IMG/VR virus record: IMGVR_UViG_3300014208_000123
Coordinates: 1 to 25,039 of that record
DNA: 25,039 nt
Direction: 5' to 3' (one strand)
Source: a virus
Taxonomy: Duplodnaviria > Caudoviricetes
Position 1 is the first letter of the stretch. Each line of letters opens with the position of its first letter. The translations under genes were made by a program, and so were the position numbers. Of this stretch, positions 17,954-25,039 are shown piece after piece. Under the pieces are notes generated by a model, which saw only the letters and a list, made by a program, of their open reading frames with translations, was not told the origin of the DNA and searched no databases.

Positions 17954-20900
17954 ACTTTCTCCAGGGATGCCCTCACCAGCATGGAAGCTTTCTGCTCAGC
18001 CAATCTCTTGGGCAGATCCTTGTCAAAGAGGGCGATGGATGCCAATGTTCCAAGAGTCTTGTGAGTACGATAGGACAACCACACGTAGCGCACGGGACGG
18101 AACTGATCCGTGTTGTCAAGGACATCTGTGATACGGTCAGGCTCCACGGGACGCACAAGACCACCTGTGATGTCATTGTAGGCAGTGTATGGTGTATCTC
18201 CACCGCCTGCCAGTTTCATTCCACCTGTCAAGGAATCATAGGTCAACGAATCTAGCCGGGTATCCAGAATCCAGAACCGACGATCTAGCAACGACAGACA
18301 GCCCTCGTTATTGAGATAGGGCGTAGTGTCCAACTGCCCCTGCACCAAATTGATGAAGGCGTTAGAAGGCACCCCCAAGCCAAGAAGCGGATTCAGGGTA
18401 TCCCCCAGATCCCCACAGTGCTCATCCCGCTGGAAAATGAAGTATGACCCAGTCTTGAAGCCCGAGGTCATCGACTGCAACAACTCGATCAAAGAGAGCA
18501 TCCGCTCTCGCATGGCTAGCACAAGATCAATAGCCTCATCTGAGAACAAAGCAGAGGGTCGGATGATTCTGTAGGAGAAGGGGCGGATCGAGTGCCCAAT
18601 GAAAGCATCCCCCCGATCCCGGAAAGACTTGGTCACGGCATCCCGTACTCGGGTAGGACGCAAGTCCATCTGTCCCTCAACACGCAACCCGGGACCAGGA
18701 TCAGGATAAGGAGCCTGACGCAGCAGCGAATCCGTGATCGTAGGATACACGGCATAAGCACGGGAGGCATCCGTACCGTCAAACATCACTGGTGTGGTCT
18801 CATCCCCCGTGAAAGAGGTCACTGGATTCAGCTGCAGGTAAGGCTTGGCTCCTGGTGTAGATGGATTGTCCACTACTTGGGCAACCCGATAAAATCCCCG
18901 GTTGTCATCAAGTCCTCGATCCGGAGACCTGGCAATGAATTCTGCCCTTGGGAGCACTCCAAGATCCCCCAAGGGACGGACTCCCTGCTCCTGCACAGTG
19001 GGCAAACTCGTGACCCGGGGGATCTTACCCACTGGGTCTACCAGCACAATGTCACCTTTCCTAACACCCAAGGCGGCAAAAGTGCTGGTACCACCATCAG
19101 CATTTAGATCATCGCTAAGCTGGTTTGCCACATCAGAGTAGGCATCCCCGCCAGTCAGATCCGGAACGTAACCACCTTTCTCCCCCGTGCCTGCTGCCCA
19201 GGTGGCGTTGGTCGAGGTTACCACGCTGGTGGTGATGAGATCCAATAGCTGCTCATTGGATTGCTCATGGGGCACCGGAGTTTGCTTCAAATAGATCTCG
19301 AATCGGTAGCCTGCCAGTGCAGGATTGAGAGGGTCAGTGTAAGTCAGTCCCGGAGGAGCCAGCTTCAAGGTGGAGTCGCTCGTGATAGATGAGATCTCCA
19401 CGCTGTCCAGCAGGGCTCCGTTTTCGTCCAGCAATCGGAATACATCCCCGGCATGGATGTTAACATCCTCGCTGGTGAAGGGCCCCAGGTTCGTTCCATC
19501 ATGAGGCCCCGTGCCATCATCCCAGACATCCTGCGCCTTGACTCCTCCCACTGGTGATGTCCAGTTCATGGTGAACTGGGAAGCTTCAACAGCACCCCGC
19601 TGCTGGCTGGATGTCGAGTACAGGGAAATGAAGCCTCTGCGAATCTCATAGGCATAACGAAGTGCCTGGAAATTCAGGGCTACCTCTGATGTATGGAAAC
19701 GACGAATCCTCCTCACCTCAAAGGTGATCTCGTCCGGATCACTGAAAGTGCCAGCCCCTGTGGGGTCGTACTCTTTGATGTTCCGCATCCCGATTTCACG
19801 GTCCCAATCATCAGTACCACCAAGCGCCGGGTTGGGAAGGACGTGGGAGGCATCTACGATGTGAGCATGTGGGGCATCCAGATTAAGGCAAGTTCGTGGT
19901 ACTGAGGGCTCCAGGAAAATGCCACCCTGCGCCCAAAATCCCGTGGGTCCCTCAGCACCAGCCACAGGCTCCCATTCGTTCCCCAATGTCAAAGTGGTTC
20001 CTGGAAGAACACAGCTAACTTCCGGAGTGATTGCCGGTGTCACTGCGGGGTCCCCATAGGAACCTGTTGGGATGTTTAGCTCATTCCAGCGGGCATCCGT
20101 GAGGTTACCCATGTACATGGCGTAGACCACCCATGGGTACACGGGTGCCAAAGGATCCGCTTGAAACAGCTGCAGACCTGAAATGACAGTATAAGCCCCC
20201 GGAACTACCGTATCAGCAGCGGGCGCTTTCCGAATGGGGTAAGCCTGTGGCACTCCAGGAGGTGGTGCAGGCAGTACGGCATTGCCACCAAACAAAAGTG
20301 GGGCTGCATCAAACAGCGGTGACGGAGGGTACAACGTCAACCAGTGAAAGCCATAGATGGCATATGGATCACCAGGCGGAGGAAGCACACCGTCACTATC
20401 AAAACCCACACAGTTGTTCTCGGGGAGCCCATATTCTGCCCCCGAAACATTGACGGGCCAATAACGCATTCCAGACACTTGGTAGGGTTTGTCTAGCAAA
20501 GCCTCGAACTGTGCCGCTGTGAGCGCCGCAGCATTGGCATCCTGGTAGTCAGTCAGCGTGAAATACGCCAGATCACTGGTACCAGGAGACGTGATCAACG
20601 TGTAGCGGGCACTGATTACGGAGTTTTGCCAGATGGTAGCATCTGTCGACGCCAAACCTGCTAGATTGCGAATGACGTACACTCGAGGAAAAGCACCATA
20701 GGTGATGGAGAAACCACAGGATTTGCCACTGACCGTCGTCCCCCCTCGAACAGGAGCCAGGTCAGAAATAGTCAAAAGGTTAGTCCCTGAGTCAAAGGCT
20801 ACAGTTGTGGGGAAATGTAGAGGGCACCACCCTTTCTCTTGCCCCGCCACCGTAGTTGGAATGACCTGCTTGAAGTCGAATGGAGTGGTTGCCTCCACGG

Positions 20901-23900
20901 CATGCTTGACGATGTAGGTGCCTGCTTCCACGGTAGCAGGATGATTCAGATTCGTGGACGACTTGACGATCAGGACATCCCCTGGAACCACAGTGTGGAC
21001 GGCACCCGAGGTTACCGCAATCCCAGTAACTCGGTTGTCCCACATAACTTGTGCGGCAGCAATGTCCGTGTTGAATTTGCTGCCCGTCACTCCGGAGCCA
21101 CGACAAATATAGTTGCCTGTCTCATCCATTATGGAAGAAGGCACGGCAGAAAATGTTGCCGGACTGACCGTGGTGATGGGTGTGTTATCATAGCCCTCCA
21201 ACCCCATCACTTTCAGATGCCCACATTCCAGAGTGTGCGGGCCAGCCAATCGGGGCTGCCAGTACCCCACAGTAGTCAGATCCATCCGAGGCACAAAAGT
21301 AAAGGGAATTGGATTGCCCAACCCATCCAGACCATTACTGTACATGGGCAAACTGCAACGGGCATCCGTTCCTGCCGTCAGACCCACGGTGTACTCGTAC
21401 ACCACCAGTTTAGTTTCCCAGGATTCGCCAGACAGAGGATGCACATAGCCCCTTGGCTTGGCAAAGCTCAGATCGCAAACTTCATTGAAAGTCAAGCGAT
21501 CCGTGCCAATCCAAGCGGTCTGGGATTCTCCTGGATAACGGGTGCTCAAGCCCATCACGAACTCGAGCCCGTAAAGCGTCTGCCGAACAGGCAAAAACGC
21601 CGCATAGGGCAAAAACCACTGATCCGGGGTGCCTGGTGCGGGGCCCCAATTGATCACAGTCGGAGCGGCAGGTTTGGGAATGAGGATCTGTTGAACCCCA
21701 GGGGCACCGAAAACGGGAGTCGTCACGATGGTAACAGAACCACCATCATAGTCCACAAACTGAGCAGAGTTCCCCGTGAGGATGATAGACAATGCAATGT
21801 AGTTGTTAGCCCCCTGCGAAGGCAAAGGCAGGGAGGGTCCATTTACGACAACCACATCCGGGCGTGAAAGGATATCAATCGTCAGAACGTTGTTGACCAC
21901 TCCGGCGGCATTCTTGATGATGTCGTTGAGGTTACCGAGACCAACCGTGACCCCATCCGAGGTAAGCTCCAAGGCAGAGGCACCCGTGAAAGTCAAAATG
22001 ACTTCCGTGTCCGTTTCCCGAATGATCACACCATCCGGTACTGGTGGTGTCTGAGGCGTACCCCCATACAAGCCATCCACATAGCTCATGGCGTTGTCGA
22101 TCTGATAGCGGACAACATCTCCTGTGACAGCTGAGGGCCAGGCAGGTGCCTTGGTGCGTGACACAAAGCGCGGTGGTTCCAGCAAGGATACGGGACCCAG
22201 TACTGTGGAGCATTCACCTACAGTCAGAATGCCTTGTGGCCCAGACACGGGTCCACCAGCTGTTGTGAAGGGACCATTCCCCACCTCTGTTTGCATCAAC
22301 AGCAGGTCGTATTGTGCAATGTCCCCGGTACCGAAAGTGATGGCTCCAGGGAAAATGTTGGACGCCGTGAGCAACGTCGCTGGCAAGGTCCCAGCGGCAT
22401 CATTCACAACACCATCATTCCCCAGGATCTCATCCGGGTACACAAAGTAGCCAAAAGGAGTGCGTGCCGACAAGATCCCTGAGAGTCCCTGATTGCAACC
22501 TCCGAGGCGATCCAGCTCTGTGTTGCTGGATCGCAGGTAAGGCAGCTGGTAGTCCCCGGAGTCATCCTGCAACCCTCCCAGCAGGGCTGGGATTTCCAGA
22601 GGAGTGTCCAGGTCGTACCCAAACTCGACCACCCCTTGTAGGGTGCTTAGCGGGTCTGGTGGGCATTGAACCGTCAGCTCTTTGAGTGCCAACCAGGATG
22701 GATCATCCACTGAGGGCAGCGTCTTGTCTACAAGGCTGCCATCAACTTTCACAGCGAAATCCGTACCAGTACGGTAGGCATCATTGGTGCGAAGCAGATC
22801 CCGCATCATGAGCAGATCAGGTGGATCAGGCAAGGCGTTAGTGCCCGTGAGAGGGCCCACATACACGGTATCCCCCATAAGGATGGGGAAAGCGTCCGCC
22901 TGGGTACCTTGATCCCTGGCTGTGCCAACTAGAACATGCGAGGCACTTGTAATAGAGTTGCCGTCCTTGTCCTGAAATGTAAGCACACATCCATACAGTA
23001 CTTGCCGAACAAACAGCCCGGTCAGACTGGGTGTGCCATTGATAGTAATAAGGACATTCGTGTATGCCGGGTAAGACAACCCGTCAGGTTGCCCCCAATT
23101 CAATTGATCCCCGGTAAGGAATCCTGGGAGCGCAAGCTCTGGGTCACCCGTAACCAGATCTGGCACATCGCCACCGGCAGACAGGAACACGGAATTCTCT
23201 GGGAACCCAGTAGATGGGTTGACCAGAACCTCCGACAACGGGGTTGCCACGGCAACCAAACAGGGAACGTTGATCGCTGGCGATCCTCCCCCGTTGAAAG
23301 CACCAGCTGTGATTCCGGTCGGGAAATACTCCCAAACACGAGCCCGTGCCCGCCTGCGGTTCAGGGTTACATTCTGGACTTGGTGGATCTCATCCAGTAC
23401 GGGATTCGAGAGCTGCCCAATGGTTTTCCCATGGGTGCTGGACTGATGTCCGTCGATCATCCTGCCCCAGGTGTACACCCCAGGATCGTTGGTGTCTGGG
23501 TCAGCGCCCACCCCAGGCATGGTTCGCAAGAAAGCTTTCGTGAGTGTCGGGAACAGTCGGGAAAATCGATGCTGTTCGTATCTGGCTGAAAACACTCCTT
23601 TGGCGTGCATCCCGTAATAGGGAGCCACAATAGACCGATATAGCTGAGCCCGCCCCAGGCGCACCAGCATCACATCATCTACATCATTCTTGACTAGCGT
23701 CCCCTGTTTGACCAACAGGCTGTCCAACCTGTTGGGATCCATCAAGGTGCCCGCCAGTTGCCCGCTGGAAAGTGCTACGGAGGCTGGCTCCACCACCCAG
23801 TCGGTGGTCAGCACAGTCAGATCAAGAGAACTGGGCAGCTCGTCACTGTAAACCTCAGCCCACACATTACGTGGACTGAGCAATCCGGTGATACCATCCT

Positions 23901-25039
23901 CATAGCCCGGGGTCGGATAGTCTTTGCCGTATCCCACCCAGAACCGAAACTTGCCATCCCGGTCTCCGATGAACCGACCATCGATGGTCTCCAGCACCTG
24001 CTCGAAGCTTTGGATTGTGGAGTTGTAGAAATCGAGGAAGGTGCGAGCCACCCTGTCCTTGTTGAGAAGTCGTTTGCGCTCACCAAGCAGCCCGAAACGC
24101 CCATGCTCCCAGTTGTGTGAACCAGGAGCCGGCAGGATAGGACCACCAGCTGGTTGCTTGCTGGAGATTTCCGCCACGGCTTCGGAAGCCATCTCCCCCA
24201 TGAATTGAGCCATTCGCACGGCACGGAAATAGAAAGAATCTGGATTGGAAAAAGTGTAAGTCCCCCGCAGTTCCCCTCCCAACAAACCATTCTGCTCATC
24301 TGGAGTCGCTACATACAGGAAGTCTGCGTAATAGCGGGGGATAACAGGCATCCCATTCTGAATGAAAGGCTGCAGCGCCCGGACTTTGGTGAAACTGAGC
24401 AACAGCGACTGGTTCGGCTGCAAAGGACTCTGCAAAGGAGCCATGAGTCGGAGTTTGCCCGTGGAGGCATCCAGGTCGTAATCTACACCGGAGGTCAAAG
24501 TGCGACCGGGTTGCTCAACCCCGTTAAGCAGCTCCCCGTAGAGCACAAGCTCGAAAGCCTCCGTATCCAATACTGGGCCCACCCCAAAAAAATCCCTGGT
24601 GTCTGGCGGGTAGATCGGACGATAGGAGAGCTTCACCGTTGGCTGCAAAGCTACAGAGTAGTTTTGGCGGAAACCACCTGTGACTGTGATCTTGGTGTGG
24701 GCACCATCTGCAGTCATTTCGACATTGCTGATGGTGTAGGGACTGCCCCCAAGCTCCAGGATGTGCCCAGGAACAGCAAATGTGGTGAGGTTCCCACCAA
24801 AGATGATGGTTTTCTGCCCCGTTGCAACCGGTTCAAAAGGGAACAGGTTGATGTCTACGGTGGACATCAAGCCCGTGGGGGCAGCGGTAACTACAGGAGT
24901 TGACCCATCCGGGTCTACAACCGCAGTGACGGGCCCCGGAGTGATCAGCATCAGGACGTCATTGCCTGGTGCTCGGCTACCCACTTCATCTACAGTTGAG
25001 GGGAAAATTCCTACAGCAGTGACGTCCCCTTTGCCTGTA
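17950..25039 (-). CDS. Giant virion structural protein, at least 2362 aa, 5' end outside the window
   Basis: The frame stays open upstream of the GTG at 24984 to the window edge (TGKGDVTAVGIFPSTVDEVGSR...), so the true start is probably beyond 25039. The protein is rich in G, P, T and V, with phage structural Ig-like motifs (LTSGVDYDLDASTGKLRL), repeated GD-hydrophobic...G-x-Y-x-V modules and a helical C-terminus. Confidence 0.8.
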   Translation of the reverse strand, partial: TGKGDVTAVGIFPSTVDEVGSRAPGNDVLMLITPGPVTAVVDPDGSTPVVTAAPTGLMSTVDINLFPFEPVATGQKTIIFGGNLTTFAVPGHILELGGSPYTISNVEMTADGAHTKITVTGGFRQNYSVALQPTVKLSYRPIYPPDTRDFFGVGPVLDTEAFELVLYGELLNGVEQPGRTLTSGVDYDLDASTGKLRLMAPLQSPLQPNQSLLLSFTKVRALQPFIQNGMPVIPRYYADFLYVATPDEQNGLLGGELRGTYTFSNPDSFYFRAVRMAQFMGEMASEAVAEISSKQPAGGPILPAPGSHNWEHGRFGLLGERKRLLNKDRVARTFLDFYNSTIQSFEQVLETIDGRFIGDRDGKFRFWVGYGKDYPTPGYEDGITGLLSPRNVWAEVYSDELPSSLDLTVLTTDWVVEPASVALSSGQLAGTLMDPNRLDSLLVKQGTLVKNDVDDVMLVRLGRAQLYRSIVAPYYGMHAKGVFSARYEQHRFSRLFPTLTKAFLRTMPGVGADPDTNDPGVYTWGRMIDGHQSSTHGKTIGQLSNPVLDEIHQVQNVTLNRRRARARVWEYFPTGITAGAFNGGGSPAINVPCLVAVATPLSEVLVNPSTGFPENSVFLSAGGDVPDLVTGDPELALPGFLTGDQLNWGQPDGLSYPAYTNVLITINGTPSLTGLFVRQVLYGCVLTFQDKDGNSITSASHVLVGTARDQGTQADAFPILMGDTVYVGPLTGTNALPDPPDLLMMRDLLRTNDAYRTGTDFAVKVDGSLVDKTLPSVDDPSWLALKELTVQCPPDPLSTLQGVVEFGYDLDTPLEIPALLGGLQDDSGDYQLPYLRSSNTELDRLGGCNQGLSGILSARTPFGYFVYPDEILGNDGVVNDAAGTLPATLLTASNIFPGAITFGTGDIAQYDLLLMQTEVGNGPFTTAGGPVSGPQGILTVGECSTVLGPVSLLEPPRFVSRTKAPAWPSAVTGDVVRYQIDNAMSYVDGLYGGTPQTPPVPDGVIIRETDTEVILTFTGASALELTSDGVTVGLGNLNDIIKNAAGVVNNVLTIDILSRPDVVVVNGPSLPLPSQGANNYIALSIILTGNSAQFVDYDGGSVTIVTTPVFGAPGVQQILIPKPAAPTVINWGPAPGTPDQWFLPYAAFLPVRQTLYGLEFVMGLSTRYPGESQTAWIGTDRLTFNEVCDLSFAKPRGYVHPLSGESWETKLVVYEYTVGLTAGTDARCSLPMYSNGLDGLGNPIPFTFVPRMDLTTVGYWQPRLAGPHTLECGHLKVMGLEGYDNTPITTVSPATFSAVPSSIMDETGNYICRGSGVTGSKFNTDIAAAQVMWDNRVTGIAVTSGAVHTVVPGDVLIVKSSTNLNHPATVEAGTYIVKHAVEATTPFDFKQVIPTTVAGQEKGWCPLHFPTTVAFDSGTNLLTISDLAPVRGGTTVSGKSCGFSITYGAFPRVYVIRNLAGLASTDATIWQNSVISARYTLITSPGTSDLAYFTLTDYQDANAAALTAAQFEALLDKPYQVSGMRYWPVNVSGAEYGLPENNCVGFDSDGVLPPPGDPYAIYGFHWLTLYPPSPLFDAAPLLFGGNAVLPAPPPGVPQAYPIRKAPAADTVVPGAYTVISGLQLFQADPLAPVYPWVVYAMYMGNLTDARWNELNIPTGSYGDPAVTPAITPEVSCVLPGTTLTLGNEWEPVAGAEGPTGFWAQGGIFLEPSVPRTCLNLDAPHAHIVDASHVLPNPALGGTDDWDREIGMRNIKEYDPTGAGTFSDPDEITFEVRRIRRFHTSEVALNFQALRYAYEIRRGFISLYSTSSQQRGAVEASQFTMNWTSPVGGVKAQDVWDDGTGPHDGTNLGPFTSEDVNIHAGDVFRLLDENGALLDSVEISSITSDSTLKLAPPGLTYTDPLNPALAGYRFEIYLKQTPVPHEQSNEQLLDLITTSVVTSTNATWAAGTGEKGGYVPDLTGGDAYSDVANQLSDDLNADGGTSTFAALGVRKGDIVLVDPVGKIPRVTSLPTVQEQGVRPLGDLGVLPRAEFIARSPDRGLDDNRGFYRVAQVVDNPSTPGAKPYLQLNPVTSFTGDETTPVMFDGTDASRAYAVYPTITDSLLRQAPYPDPGPGLRVEGQMDLRPTRVRDAVTKSFRDRGDAFIGHSIRPFSYRIIRPSALFSDEAIDLVLAMRERMLSLIELLQSMTSGFKTGSYFIFQRDEHCGDLGDTLNPLLGLGVPSNAFINLVQGQLDTTPYLNNEGCLSLLDRRFWILDTRLDSLTYDSLTGGMKLAGGGDTPYTAYNDITGGLVRPVEPDRITDVLDNTDQFRPVRYVWLSYRTHKTLGTLASIALFDKDLPKRLAEQKASMLVRASLEKV

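Noticed and set aside
20839-24903. Long plus-strand ORFs (342, 217 and 249 aa at 20839, 22936 and 24154)
   Set aside because: All are in exact codon register with the antisense giant gene and have atypical R/H/Q-rich composition. They are shadow ORFs.
1-25039. Stop-codon reassignment (TAG or TGA read-through), as in some large phages
   Set aside because: Long genes are uninterrupted under the standard code, and both TAG and TGA sit at sensible gene ends followed closely by new starts.

Overview
The whole window is one tightly packed, minus-strand block of ten structural genes with about 99% coding density, the standard code, Shine-Dalgarno sites and overlapping or abutting stop/start junctions. 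It looks like the baseplate and receptor-binding region of a very large contractile-tailed (myovirus-like, probably jumbo) bacteriophage; an unusually elaborate contractile injection system cannot be excluded from this window. Gene order in the direction of transcription: a giant beta-rich protein (at least 2362 aa, start outside the window), a 73 aa coiled-coil protein, a 974 aa protein with two amphipathic helical modules, a 294 aa coiled-coil protein, an enlarged gp25/GPW-like protein (386 aa), an enlarged baseplate J-like protein (1170 aa), a tail protein I/gp48-like wedge protein (454 aa), a beta-helix tailspike-like protein (626 aa), a 169 aa short fibre-like protein, and an ORF of at least 1792 codons (5377 to <1). 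The ORF track omits this last ORF because it has no stop codon inside the window. Main points: (i) core baseplate proteins are about three times canonical size, apparently through domains nested inside other domains; (ii) the omitted ORF carries four lectin/LamG-like repeats, one apparently inserted inside another; (iii) the only two real intergenic gaps share an 11-nt motif, CCT(G/C)CCTATAC, a candidate late promoter, and one gap has competing hairpins over the ribosome-binding site. All domain calls are by-eye motif recognition, not database results. I saw no RNA genes, CRISPR arrays or mobile elements.
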